DNA from: Raillietiella orientalis
Lineage: Eukaryota
Length of the DNA: 64,000 nucleotides
Direction of reading: 5' to 3'
NCBI GenBank assembly: GCA_036172245.1
Contig: JAYWIR010000027.1
Span: 2,356,001-2,420,000, forward strand
Every line of letters begins with the position of its first letter. Position 1 is the first letter of the stretch. The notes below the pieces were generated by a model, which was not told the origin of the DNA, searched no databases, and saw nothing but the letters and a program-made list of their open reading frames with translations. The position numbers and the translations under genes are program-made. This document shows, one piece after another, positions 25,388 to 39,017 of the stretch.

Positions 25388-28149
25388 CCGGATTTCCAGC
25401 GTTATCAGCCTATTTTGCTGAGCCATGTGATGAAAGGAAATGGAGAGAAACTCTCACAGGAAAATGTCTGGCGGGTCAAGCAGAGGCTATGCCAGGTATC
25501 CCTCCTCCGCGGAGTGTTTCTTGCAGGCTGCCACATGGAGAGTGGCTGTTATGCAACTGCATTCTGGCGCTGTGATGTTGAACCTCGAGAATAGATTTTA
25601 TACCATTTCATCATTAGCGTGTCGCTTGTTCCGTTTTTTTTTTGCTATTCCATAACTCTCAGTTGTTCAGAAAGCGCGTGAGGCATTTTTGTGAGCGACC
25701 CGCCGTAATGTCTTCAGCTCTGTCGGCTTAGAGCTGCCTTGCCACGTGAACGCTCCTGGGGGGGAAGCTCTCCGTCCTTTCCCGAGTTGAATGCTGGGTA
25801 CGCATGTGTTTGGTTTTGATGCCCATTCCCTGCTTCCTGGTGAATACCGGGCCTTCCACCGTGTTCCCAGCACGAGCTCGTGGATGTTCCGTAAGGGATC
25901 TTGCGTTCTGCTGCATCTGCTGGAACAGAAGAAAATTCGAATGTTTCCCCAGTCTGTTCCAGAAACTTTGCACCGATGGTCGTGCGCGTTCATCTCGAGT
26001 GTTTTCCGTTCCCAGTTGAACTCGATTGCATCAGATGAGTGGGACACCTTTGCCACGTTGACAACTGTCCGAGATTGATCCCCTTTCATTTCTTCTGGCC
26101 GAATTTTTGCTTTCTCTCATCCTTCCACCCCCCATCCCTTACCATTCCGAGAAATGGATCCTCTGGCACTTTTCCCAATTTCCCTGGACCCTCATCCTGG
26201 TTTTCCATTCTGTTACGTCTGTGCCTAGTCGCTGCTGTGCATCTCGAGATTCTTGTACTACCAGGAGTCTTCTGCGGAAACAACTTCCGTTTCAAGCGCT
26301 GCAGTTATTCTTTTCATCGAGTCTTCAAGCTGAGCTTTCTGCGGCATCGACCATGTGCTCATCGACTCCTTCGACTTTTCCGATGTTAGTCAGTGATGCG
26401 GGATTTGGTCCTCACGCCCAGCGTTACGTCTCGGGCGGCAGATCGCCCTTCGGTGGAAACGTGGGCTATGGGTTGAAAATGGGGCACCCGACAAATAGGA
26501 AGGAAAATATCTCCACCCGTCGGGATCGAGCAGAAACACTTCTCCGTCGTCTCTGCAAAGAAGGGGGGAAAGGGGGTTTCTTATCACCGCTGCTCCGTCT
26601 TTCAGCGGTCTCTGGGGCTCTGCTACGCCTCAAGACTACACTGCGTCGAACGGGAACGCTGGAAGCTTTTTTCCTTCCTCTAAAACCAAACGCTGCCACG
26701 TGTTACCGCACCTCTTCCGTGCCACTCAAGGAGAAACCCCCCTTTCACCATTCCGGATCCTCATCCCGAAGGAACGGTGCTGCCGCCGCCCTCAGGCTGC
26801 ATACCGAGCCGTTGTCCCCGTGCTGTAAAACAATTTTGCGTCTCTCGGCGGGGAAAAGCTGTGCATCGCCATTCTTCCCGTCTACCTGCATTCCCTCTTC
26901 CGAGCCGTAGCGTAGAGCGTCATTCTCTTCTGCTTCCCGCAGCAAGAGTTGATCAGCCGGTCTTTCGTCCGCCTCGCTGGAAGACATGTGAGCGCTGCCC
27001 GAGAGCTTCCCGGCCCAGGTTGAACAAACAGGGTACGCGAGGCAGACGATCCGGTGGGCGCGCTGACTCTGCAGACGACCTGTACCTCCTCCTATAGCCA
27101 TCCAGGATGACCTCACATTGTGGCGTCGCAGGGACTCTGCATGGCACGTGCTGCAGGCGATTGGAAAGGGGATCAGAAGAGGTCCCAACTCCTTTTACAA
27201 ATGGAAAAGGAGAAAGAAATATGCGCTCATAATTCTGTTGGACAGGGATCAGGTCCCTGGTGAAAGCAGCCGAGCAACAGGAAAGCTCTCTGAGAAAGGA
27301 CTGCACAGAGGGAATGGGGGTTGGGCGCCACGCCCTTCACGGTTGAGGTCAGATCCCTCTCCACGGCCTGTCGACCGATTGCCTCTCCACCACGACGGGC
27401 GGAGGAGACGCGGTTGAGGAGGTGGTTTCTGCGGGTGGGAGGGAGTGGCAATGAATGACCAGGAGGAAGCTCAGGAAACTTTCCCGAAGGGAGGCTTCAC
27501 TTGGAAGGGCAGCGGTTCGAGGGCGCGGAACCAGGGAAAGGGGGGCGGAATGAGGGTGCATTACCTTGTTCCTTAGGGACGCGGCTGCAAGGCGAGCAGT
27601 CTCGCCGCGACGCCGGCCAGGGCGGAACGGGTCGTCCCTCCGAAATCTGCGCTTTCCGTCTTCACTTAGAGAAGCCTCCGCGCCGGAAGCCAGGACAGGG
27701 AACCCCTCGAGGCGTTTCCGACTCGGGATGGCAGAAGGGATGAGCGAAAGATTTTTGCAGCACATCTGTGGCCGTACACTGCAGTGTGGGATCGGACGGT
27801 TTCTCTTCATCCCGCACCCCTTTTGTACGGATCGAAAACGCAGGCCGCTTCGCGCATGCCATCATGCGACGCGCGGAGCAGCCAGGGGGCGCGTCGCTTC
27901 GCGGAGAAAGCGGAGAGAGGACAGGGGACGTTCCGAGGAGAGGGGGGAGGATGCAGCCGGATCTTCCTTTCGGTGTCATGCATCGCATAGGGTAGCGAAC
28001 TGAGCTATCCGATCCGGAAGACGCTCGCGGGGAGCGCCGCTCCCTCCTCCCTGCACGGTGGTCTCTCCTGCGGGACGTTGCCGTCGTGAGGTGCAAAACC
28101 CCATGACCTCCCTGCTGAGGGTCTGCCTCCCTTTTCCATTCCACCACTG

Positions 28150-28660
28150 CGTGCGGCTGCGGTCTCCGCGCGTGGCACCGAGCGTCGCGGGTTCGAATCC
28201 CGCCTGGGGAAGGATCGACGCCGAGAACAGAAGATGCGCCGAGGGATTCGAGTTCCCCCCTGCGGGACGACACTGGTTGGCCTTCAGGCTCCAAATGCGG
28301 CATCGGTGGAAGCCGAATGCCACCGCTGATTGATTGGCCGGGATTGGAAACCGACCCTCTGGGGTCCTTCCAGGAATCAAGGGCCAGGTTCCCTTCGGCT
28401 TTCCCCTCCTATTATAAAAATGGAGCCTCCGCTCCCCTCGCGGGAGAGGAGAGGGGGAAGGGGAATCCTCCATCTCATACCTTGGACCTGGTAACATCTC
28501 TCCAGAGTGTGAAGAAGCGCGCTGCTCCCTTCGGGGAAGGGCTCTTCGAAGAAATTGGGAAACGTCTCTTCTAGAGGGTTCTCTTCAGAGGAGTAAACAA
28601 GGAGCGGATCCTTTCCGAAGGGTCCCTCCTGAGAGAATAAGGAAGAGGTTCCCTTCAGAG
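28150..28660 (+). mobile_element. tRNA-derived SINE-like element, copy 2
   Basis: Perfect T-arm GCGGG-TTCGAAT-CCCGC (28187-28203). It shares TCTCCGCGCGTGGC, CAGGCTCCAAA, CGGTGGAAGCC, CCAGGAATCAAGG and CTCTCCAGAGTGTGAAGAAGCGCGCTGCTCCCTTC with copy 1. Confidence 0.8.
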
Positions 28661-31600
28661 ACAACCACTGCGTGCCACCAGGGAAACCTCGGAGTGGACC
28701 CGGCCCGTGCGCTGCCCGGCGCTGGAGCGAAGATCTCGTAGTCGAATGTGGGAGGATCGCGAACCCATCCTTACGGCCTGCGCTCGTCCAGACGCAACGG
28801 CGCCCGGTGGTGGTTCCTATTCGGCGCGGGGCTGGATGGGAGGGGGGGGGGAGCGACCTTGAACACGTGGCGCCACGTCACGGGCACACGAAACGCAGTC
28901 GCTGTGCCGACTCCTTCCCGTTCTCCTGCCTTCGACTGCAACGCATGCGCACTCGCTGGAAGACTGGCTCGGATCCTGCGGCGTAGTTTACCAATCCGGG
29001 CACTTCCAGCCCGTCCTGCCGTCACTCCGGGAGACGCAGCCTGGGGGATTCGAAGCATTGTTGCGGGATGCGGTGACGTAACCGCTGCGCGGAGCGGTGC
29101 GGGCCAAGCGGCGGCTTGCGTGTTCAACGTGGGGCGAGTTGGCTCCTCGTCGCGGTGCTGGCCCAGGAAAGCATGAAGTGACCCTTGGTGAATGGGCTTG
29201 GCACAAACGAGGGATGCAGGGGAAACAACACCTATGGTAAGATGAAATATCCGGCATCCAAGGAAATTACCCTCACGTACACCGCACACAGACACACGCA
29301 CACACATACAAAAGCAGAATTCATCACTTTCGTACGGAGCATTTTGTGTTCTTTTAGCATTCACTCATTCCGTGCTTGGAGTTGCCATCGCCTCGGAAGC
29401 GTAGTTTCTTGTCTCTAAGTACCACGCAAAATTCTCGCCATTGAGAAGGGAGAGGAATCTTTAATCGTGTGGAATGATTAATGGGAAATCGCACACTTGC
29501 AGCTTTTACTTCTGGCCGGGACACCAGCGTTTTGCTTCGTACATGGTGCACCAGTACCAACATCACCGGAAACAATATCCAAAAAATGTACCGAATACAC
29601 GTCGGAATCAGCGTCTATTTTATTTTTATCTTTTTCCTGTTGTTGTTGACTGTTTGCTTTACAAGAATTTGAGGGAAAGCCTTCTTTGCATCTTTCGGTG
29701 AAATAACAAATGACTCATTCTTTCTGTCCTTGGACCTTGGCGCCACTGCGTGTTCTCTTAGGCATTTAAAACGAGCGCTACCGGATTAATGAACTACGAA
29801 AACTTCCTTGAAGAGTTCAACTGCTGATACCTAAATCCTGTGGCATGTCTCTGCTCATCTCCGTCCATCTCCTCTCGTCGGATCAGACCACGTCTCGGAC
29901 ACGAAAGGAAGCCTAAATAATTATCTTCCGAAACTGTTGAGGTACATCTCATATCGCCCCTTGAGATCTGTGTTTTGCTAGCGTGAACCACATACATTAG
30001 CGAGAGCAGGCGGGAACTCTTACGGTAATATTTTTTTGAACTCACTGATTTGCTGCCGGAACTTGATCGTTGTACTCAGGTAGGTGTACACTGTAACTAC
30101 CGACTGCGAGAGGAATTCTTTCGATGATACATTCATTCATTTCAATCACATGCAAATAATGGATGCGAAATGCTCATTTTCGAGAGCAGGATGGAAGGAA
30201 AGAAAAGAAAAGAAAAAAAAAAAAAAAGGACCAAATAGAGAACTGCCATAATGGAACACGTTGCGTATATGATTTTCGAATTTCCGTCGACATGTGCAAC
30301 CAACATGTGTTTTCGTCAAGGATTAATCATCAGAAAAGTATTTACCGAAGGAGAATTCATTTATTTACGGGATTCGCCGCGCTATGCCACAGAGTCATTT
30401 TTCCCTTGCCGTGCAGCTTCCACGGTGTAGCCAGAGCGGCGCTCTCGCAGCAGCCGCTCTCATTATACGGAATTCAGAAGCTGTTTCCAGGAGGTCTTGG
30501 GAGAGCCGTGTCCGACTTTTTTGGTCGCGGGCCAAGTATTCTTCTTTTTTCCCTCCCCCCCCCCCTCCCCATCACTGCGCATATACCAACGCAGGGGAGT
30601 CCTTCACTACATAGGAGCGCTTCGGAAAGTATATGCGGGATAGAAAGCAGACCTCAGAAACACGTCACGAGCAACGCATTGCATTGCGTAAACGTGTTCT
30701 TCCATGCAGTTCATCCCAGCAAGCGAAGATTGGGGAAATGTTCTCGGCCGGAGCATAGTCACCCTCTCTCTCTTTTTCGAACATGGCTGGCATCTTACTG
30801 TGCTCTGAAAACCACCTTTCTCCGGGTGAGTCTGCGTCTTCCCTGATCGTTGTCTAGACTAGCTCACGACAGTCACGACTGCTGTACTGGGAGAATCTCT
30901 CCGGAATATGTCATACCCACTCCGGTCGCTTTCGTGTCGACGATTTCCTTATTCGCTTTACCGCTTCTCTTCAGAGGAACGAACGTGAAGCTATGCTCTG
31001 CTTCGAGTGACGCTGGATGCAGGATGCTGCCAGCTTCACGTGGACCTGTCGTGACGCTCCGAGAAATGCAGCTTGCCAGGAATTTTTCCGTTTGTCCTGC
31101 CTTGGTGGAAGAAAGCAATTCTGCCTTTTCTTTTCTTCTTTCCCTTGGCCATTGCGTAATCCTCCTGCTTTTTCGGAACGGTGTCTCTCCCAGCAAAAGA
31201 GAACACCTATATCCCTCTGTCCTCTCCTGATGGGATTAAAGGAACAATCCCAGATGCGAGCAGCCGGAGGCAATTTACGCTCTTAATTATTCAGGCTTTC
31301 CCTCTAGAAATCGATCGAGGAGTCGCATGTCTGCGAAAGGATGTGTCCTCCGCTCTGGTGTAAACAAGAAGAGGAGCGTCATCAGCTGCGCTCCGGAGGT
31401 ATCGGGTCCGGAGGCGGCGGATGCTCACCGCACGAGCGCGTCCATCGGACGGATCCTTTGTAGGCTCCCGGTATCGATCAAACAGGCCGGTTTCCTCCCC
31501 CCCCCCTCCTTTCCTCCCCCTCGGATGCCCAAGCCCGCTGGAAATAACCTCGGCGCCGGGCAACAGCAGCGGCGGGAAGCGCAGCAGCGGCCAACAATGC

Positions 31601-34600
31601 GCAGCCATGGTCACGCGGGCAGACCGGGGCATCGAGCCCATCCGTCACACGTGGTCGCGCGGCCTCGCTCCCGTGAGCTCCGTGGGGAAATTCGCTGTCG
31701 AACCGAACGCTTGCGCCTGGCAGTCCGGAGACGGGAAACACTCGAGGTCATGGCTCACGCTGAGCGGGAATGCCTCTTTCGGGGGAAGGGGATGAGCTCG
31801 GGGCACGGGAGGCTTCTTGAAAGACAGCGCGCCTCGGTCCAGGCCATTTTCGGATTTCCCCTTCGATCCAGTTTGCCCATCCGGATGGTGTGCAGGTTCG
31901 ATTTGGCCGCCAGGAGCAATGGCTGCCTTCCTGGGAAGTGCTTGTTCGTTTGCGGCATGGTCGCGGTGGAAATTTGCTCTTGCACGCAATTAGCTTCCCG
32001 ACGAGAAGCTTCCCGACAAAGCACCAGCAAGCGTGCTTTCCCAGGAGGATCCTGGAAGAGAGAGGCGCGCCAGTAGCTGGTCAGTTCGGAGTCCCAACGT
32101 GTGAGGAGGTGCAAGATGCTCCTTCCGTTGCGACTCGCTTTTCGATAAACGCGCCAAGCGACGGGTGAACGGGAAGCGACTAGCACGCTCAAGCACGCCA
32201 CCGGGAGAGGAATTACGAGGTATGTCTGCGCGGCAGTGGGTGATTGCCTCCCTAGCGTGATGACCCGCATATCGACCTTTCGTAAAAACGGCAGGCGGTT
32301 CGTGCAGGCACGCACTTTTGCTGAAACCAGGGCGCGAAGACTCGGTCCAAGACGCGGGCGTAGCCTTCCGAAGATACTAGAAGCAGCCGAGGCAGAGTAT
32401 CAGCTCACCCTCGTCCCTCTCGCCCGCTAGGGATGTCGGATGCCCCGTCGCCGGGCAGAGAAAACGAAGGCTTCAAGTTCTACGAAAGGCCCATGGAGCT
32501 TCCGGTTTCTGACTCCCGCGAGCCTCTTGATCTCACAAAATACAGCGACAGCCCATCCTACCGATATATACTTCCCGATCCAACTGCTTTATATCGCATG
32601 CGGTCTCAGGTCACTCGTACAAGTGGAAGGAGACAGCAACGAAGTGATCGGTCTCATTTCACGTGCGCGAGTTCAGAGTTGCACTTCACTCTACCTCCTC
32701 CCTGAATATTGACCTGCCCGGGATAAACCACTGCCTCGGTTTCTTCTCGGAGACAGGGGCTTTATTTCTTTGGCTCTACTTGGCTCGAGGGCTCTGCGGC
32801 AGTAAGTTACGGTTCACGCTTCTTTCCATCACTGTAGGGGAGTGTCTCGTTGAGATGGAATGGAGAACAGCTCTGTGGCCTTCCCGATAGGATAAGATGC
32901 GAGGAGATAAAGAGTTTCAGGGGAGAAAGCAGCTAGCAAGAGACCTCTGTTCCTCTGTTCTCGAGGCTCTCTCTCAGAAAAGAGAGAAGTCTCTGCGCTC
33001 CTTTCTGCTGTCCTGGGACTCTGGCCAGCGCAGCTATTCCCGCTTTCTGGGATAGGTTATTCGCCTCCAGCCTAGGAAGGACTCCTTACAGCTCGCTATC
33101 CCTAGAACGAGGCCGTGAGGAAGCTGGGGCTGCTTCGACGCTCTCGAATAGTGAGACAGAAGATGATTACCCCACGTACCGTGCACCCGCAGATCGCCGA
33201 AGAGCGTGATGGCAATCAGCGTTCTCTCCCTAAGCGGGAAAGCCAACTCGCGTGGATGAAACTCCCCAGAAGCTGCGAAACTCGAATTGTGTGTGGCAGG
33301 CAGCAGCAACGTGTCCGTGTTGAAATCTCCTTGCCTCTGTGTGTTCTTCTAAAGCAGCGACTGATCAGTGACTTGGAAGTGCAGAGCAGGCAGTCGCACA
33401 GCGAGGGAAGTGGCTGCCTAGAAGAGGAAATGGGTAAGAGTGGGCGGAACGCTTTCCAATGGGACGATGTGCACACACCCCGGGGCATTCCGACGGAAGG
33501 TGTAGAGGGCACAGAGTACCAAATCATCGAGAAACGAAGGAAAGGAAGAAGAGAATCGCTGAGCATCACGCTGCAGTCAGCGCAGGGCTTTCGTGAGCGC
33601 AGCAGAAATAAACAAAGGCAGCGCTGCAATCTATTTTTTCAATGGATACAAAGGTGTCCGTCGAAAATTAATGGGAAGGAGAAACCAGAGAAAGCATTCC
33701 ATGCAATCAGGAACAGGAAGACCGAGTCCGTGCTTCAAACAAAAACTATGGAATCCCACAGCTGCTAGCACAAATGTTTATGCGAGCGCTTGTGATAGGT
33801 TCGGGATGTTATTCTCGTATCTGGCAAGGACATTGAGATCTCCAGAACAAACAGGAAAAACACACACACACACACACACACGAACATGTTCCCAACTTTC
33901 ATTGATTTTTTTTTTCTTAAATTTACAACCGAACGCATCGGCTGTATCGAAACAGCAATTCTGTCTGCTCGTGTCTTCGTCATTTTGCCATTTCCTGCAC
34001 GAGCTCGGGAATCTCCTCTGTGGGGAGATCCTGGCGCTTTTGGCGAATCTCAGACGATCTCCTCCTGGCGTATCCATGCTATCTCCGCCTGAGATGCAAC
34101 ATTCATAGACTGCGAGCGACATTCTGTGGGATGGGATCATGTGCTGATAAGAAAATTAGTCCCTACATGTTTTCTTTATCATTTCCGTTTCGCGATCATC
34201 AAAGGTTGACGACTTGGCGCCTATTTATGGCATCACGCATCTTCGCGAAAGATAATGGTAAAATGGCCCACTATTCTCGTCTTTACTCTCTTTTTTCTCT
34301 TCTTTCCCGTGAACAGACAACCCATCTAAAAGAAACTTTGATTTTGCCTCCGAAAATAATTCAGAAGCAAGAAAACTGGGTGCAGCTCCCCCTCGGCAGC
34401 GTCTTGCTGCTGCTGCTGCTGTTGTTTTGAGGACCAAAATGCATTCTGTTATTGATCTAATGTGCCTTTTTCCTCATCCCATCATCAAAAGTATGCTTCA
34501 CCTGTTGTTTTGGTCTGGTCGCTCAGCAGTCATGGAACAGGGCGTCTACGCAAGTTGCTTCCATTCAAGACAACGCGCAGCCCCTGTTGAGGTTTCCATG

Positions 34601-34721
34601 AATCCTGATGTCAGCCCCCACCCCCACCCCACTTTCGGCATGTGGGTGAAGACGAGGGAAAAGCGGATTTCCGGGATACATGCACCCTACTCGCATCCAG
34701 CTTCGACACCACGCAGCGTGG

Positions 34722-34785
34722 AAACCATTTCGAACCCGGTGGTATCCGCGCACTGCAACCGCGCTCTCTCTACCACCGCTTGTTT
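34722..34785 (-). pseudogene. Possible degenerate tRNA-Ala(TGC)-like or SINE-head remnant
   Basis: The minus strand reads GTGGTAGAG...GCGCG-GTTGCAG-TGCGC...CCGGGTTCGAAATGG: a D-arm-like motif, a 5-bp stem with a 7-nt loop centred on TGC, and an imperfect B-box. No acceptor stem is evident. Confidence 0.3.
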
Positions 34786-37700
34786 ATCTGTTCTTTTCCC
34801 CATTCGCTTCACATTTCGGATGAACACGCGACGTGATGAAATTGAATTCGTGCACACTCTTGTTCATGTCGGGATGTTTTCCTGGAATTTTTTTTTTTTG
34901 TTGAAACATCATTTCTCACGTCGGATGCGTTTCAGGCCTCGGCGCATACTCTCAATTGGCTGCCGATACAGGAGGATCAATCCATCACTTTTGCTCTGCC
35001 GGGGTGACGCCAGCATCCTTAACGGTAATCGAGAAAATCGTCCCTGGAAGTCGTTTTCCGTAGGAGAGCGGCGGCGGACCGAACTCCGCGCGCGCGGGTC
35101 GGTCCTCTGGATCAGCTTCTTGATCGCAACGGCACCGCTCCCGGAGCGATGCACAGCGTGGAGGCTGTTGCATTCCATTCCGAGGATTTTCGCATGGCGA
35201 CGGTGCCGATGGGGAACCGCACGTTCGCCTTTGCAGCTGTTGGCTGCTCATCTTCGTTCGGGTCTCTCGGCCTTAGAGAAATGCAAAGCGGATGACGCCG
35301 AGGAGTTGGTTGTCTCCTAGCCGCCGCGGACAGGTTGATTGAACTCGCAGGTGGATTGCCCCTTGGACCAGCCATACTCCATCTGCGGGCCGCATGGGAC
35401 CCCCCGCGAAGCTTCTGTGTGCGGCCCATATCATTCACAGCCATTAAGCAGTTTATATTTTTTCTTGAGAACTTCCGATAGTCGGGCAATTCGTTTTTAC
35501 AGGAGGCAAATCCACCAGCCGTCGGCACCCAGCGCCTCTCGCGGGTTGTCCTTTGCTTGTTTCGTGGTTCCGTGCAATCACGTTGTTTCGTACAGTGTTG
35601 GTACGCGGAAAGAGCCGTATACAGCCTGCGCTCAACTCGCCACAGTTGAAAAAAGTATTTGCTTACATCCATATTCTTCAGACCTTTTTCCATAAAATGC
35701 ACGAATGTAAAAATAAAAAAAATTTACAAGAAGAAGAAAGGTTGAGTATGGCTGCCTTAGACGCGACGATTTCCTTTGAAGCCCGGATCCAAGTCTCGGT
35801 CTTCGAAAGACAGTCTCCAGCAGCTGCTTGTTTTCTGGGGATCTTGGAGAACAGCCGGAGTGGCTGCGTCGGTGAGAGAATTACAGGATCCTCCCTTTGC
35901 CAACGAACACCGGATCGATGAGAACTGTGGAAGTGCTGGCCGCACCAGCGCCATCCCGACATCGATAGGATGGGGAGAAAGTTTGTGACCACGTTTCCGG
36001 TACCTCATTTGTACTTGTCCCCATCGTCGGAGCTGGCGTCCAATAAGCCTCAACAATCGAGCGAAGGTCAAAGAACGCACAGGCCTCGACCCGTTTTAAG
36101 ATTCCTGGGACGGTACCGGAAGCTGGCTTCTGGCAGCTAGCCGAGCGAGTTGCTTCCTCACGTTGGACTTCCGAGATTCCGCTCCGCTTTTTTGGAACGT
36201 CACAGGAGCTCCTGGGTATCAAGATTTTCGAGTACTCCGAAGGGATCTTCTTAAGTACACCGCAGTGCGGATCGTCAGCGGAGATCCAGCTACCGACGTG
36301 ACTACGTTCTAGCTATCAGCCTCTTTTTTTTTGTTTGTCCTTTCCTGCATGCCGTGGAGAATTTTTAGAGTCCCAAAGCAAGAAAGCGCGCCCAGCATCA
36401 CGCATCTCCTCCTTCATTACAATACGCAATTTTGCAAGCTGTTGTGATTGGTGCAGGAGCTGCGGCTTTGTCTGCAGCCTCTCCTTCTTCGGCGAGTGTT
36501 AGACTAGTGGTCTCGCGCTCCTCCGTCGTTCCTCCGTGGAAAAAAGGTTTCGCTCCTCCTTTTACTCTTGCTGCCTTCCACACGCGCGACACGTGCATTC
36601 CCTTTCACTGCGTTGTAGGGCAGCGCGAACTCTCCATGGGTGACTCTCGTTCGCAGGCAGCGGGCCTCGCGGCAGTGAGCTCTGTGAAATCTTTCCTTCC
36701 CGCCACTGACCCTCGGGAAGGTTTGAGCGGAAGCTGAATTTCAGGAGGGCAAAAAAGGTCCGCGTTGTCGGAAAGCTCCCCGGATAGTCGGATGAGAGCG
36801 CATTCTTGCGTCGCCTCGAAGAAGAATTCCTGTGCACGCGACCTCCAGATCTGGATTGGAGGGAGGCTGCTGCTACGCAGCGCAGGAGCATCCCTTGTCT
36901 CGGGCGACGGATGCTTCGCTTCCTTCTCGTGCAAGCGGGGTACGGAAATCCGAGAGAATGGAACACCTCTAGCGAATTCCTCTCTCGTTCCTTTGCCTGC
37001 GCGCTGGAATGCACTGGACTTTAAGAGGCGTCGCGCCGCATTCTGGAATCGGCAAGGTTGGTTGCGATCCCTCGTTCGGGAGGAGGGTCCGTCTCCAGGG
37101 AGACTCCGCCTCGCGTCGCAGGAAGAGAGAGAGAGAGGCAGGGGGGGAGGAGGGGAAGTCCACACTGAATAACTGCTGCTCACAGTCCTGTTCGTTTAAG
37201 CAGAACAATCTGCTATGCCTTGCCCTCCGCTTATTTCATCTTTAATTGGACATTTTCTTCGCCACTTCACACGGTCCCACCCTTCCGCTTCTTTACGTTC
37301 GCCGTTGTGAAAGCGCCTTGAGTTTCCCCCCAATTCTTTCAGAGAAATGATGGGCAGCCGGGTCGCCGCCAAGCAGGACTCTTGTCGCAACCGAGTGTCA
37401 AGAACATCTGCTGCCTGGGATCACGTCGCCAATCGGACCTTCTCGGAAGACTTCCGATCGTTGCTTCCCTCGGTTCTTTCGCATCGTTGCCGGCCTCCTC
37501 CGCTTCTCTTCCGCGCTTCCTCGAACCTGAGGATAGAATCTGTTCCTCCAGGGTGCCGGGAAAAGGGAGCATAGCGCGCGAAGAAATCCTAGAAGCCCTA
37601 TGCATCCCAGAAAGATTTCAAGGGGACGCAGGAGCGGAGGGGGACGGCTTTTCTGATGGCAACGGCAGCGGCGGTGTACGTGTGACGTCACGTCGAATGC

Positions 37701-38156
37701 GAACGAGGTCCCCATTCTCACCGAGCCGTGCCTGCCCCACCCCAAATGGAATGAGCCGGGGAGCTCTGACGTCACGGCAACAATGCAGCAGCAGCGAGCC
37801 GTTTCCCTCCCCGGGTGCCTTTTTTTTTTTTTGCCGTGCCGCCTGATAGCTGGCGCGCTCTTCGCGGAAGGAAACGCAAGTGGCGCTTCAGCCATCACCG
37901 CTGTCGCTGGAGGTGATGCCAGGAATGCGAGGACGTATCGCGCGGAACCAAGAATGTGCCGGACACCAGGCAACCCGCGAAGAGGATGCGGAGACCGTCC
38001 TCGTTGTCGGGGCAACGGGGGGGGGGGAAACAACCAAAAAATTTTCTATCTCTCTCTCGCGCGCGCTCAGGGGGAAGAGTCTCAGAGTCGCTCCCTTCCG
38101 CCGGCCTGGGTAGCCACCCGCATGCGAAGAACCCGGCATCATCTGGGAGCTTCCCG

Positions 38157-38810
38157 ATGGACCCGAAGGAGGCGCTCATTGACAACGTGGGCTTCAACTG
38201 CTGCCGCATGATAGATCGGGTGCTGAGCAGGCTGAACGCCTCGCAGTCCCAGCAGACCGCGTGCTCGGCGCGACGCCGGAGGCAGCGCCTGCCCTGCTGG
38301 GCCCCACCTCCATCCACCCTGGGCAGGGATAGCTCTCTGCTATCCCTCTGCTCTGAGGTCCGGAGGAACGTACGGGAAATGTGCGACGGCGTGCTGAGGA
38401 AGCTGAGTCCGGAGTTCACCTCTCTCCTGGAGCCGCTTCCTCCCTTCCCCCCTCTTGAGAAGAAGAAGGGAGGGGGGGAAGGCAAGGAACCTGGGGAGCC
38501 CGACCGTCACAGCCAGTGGCGCGGCCGGGACAGCGAGGAGCCGCAGCGCCCCCGTCCGCAGCAGCACGTGCAGCCGGCCACCCCTCGAAGCGCCGCAGCA
38601 ATAGTCGCCGGCCTCGAGCCCTGCGGCGGCGACCGCGGCGCAGGTCGCGCCAGCCCCGCCGTCGAGGGAGGATCGTGTCGGTGGGAAACCAGGCCGCCGT
38701 CCTGGCCGCAGCGGCGATGCCGGACGAGGGACGCCTCTCTGTCTCGGAGGGCCGCGAGAGGGTCTCACAGAGCTGAGGAGTGCTCGTCTCCTGGAGCCAG
38801 AGGCACCCTC

Positions 38811-38850
<40 letters not shown>

Positions 38851-39017
38851 TGCCCGACGCGGCCGCCAAGGACAGTCGCCGCCACCCAGAGAGTTCCCCA
38901 AGCAACCCCATCAGGAGATTCTGGGGTGAGCTCAAGGGAGGGGTGTGCCTTCGCGGGGGCGGCCAAGGGCGCCCTTCCAGCGTCGTCGTCGTTGCGAGGG
39001 GTTGGGGAGCAGAGTGA
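38157..39017 (+). CDS. Putative exon or ORF of an uncharacterised low-complexity protein
   Basis: The open frame MDPKEALIDNVGFNCCRMIDRVLSRLN...SEVRRNVREMCDGVLRKLSPEF has strongly G/C-ending codons and two similar amphipathic helices, then a Pro/Ser/Gly/Arg-rich tail. A pyrimidine-rich acceptor lies near 38070. No family recognised. Confidence 0.45.
38812..38850 (+). repeat. (CCTCGT)6 hexamer repeat, poly-Ser in the putative ORF
   Basis: Read directly from the sequence. Confidence 0.95.

Noticed and set aside
28165..28210. Functional tRNA gene
   Set aside because: The T-arm is perfect but the D-arm, A-box and acceptor stem are degenerate, and it is embedded in a dispersed repeat. Treated as a SINE head.
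26390..30050. Possible minus-strand multi-exon gene (phase-compatible pieces near 29.9 kb, 27.0 kb and 26.5 kb)
   Set aside because: The peptide is unrecognisable, and such joins arise easily by chance in GC-rich DNA. Not supportable without transcripts.
32100..32105. In-frame TGA in a coding-like frame (selenocysteine or readthrough)
   Set aside because: A ~60-nt GT-AG intron can remove it, and no SECIS or redox motif was seen.
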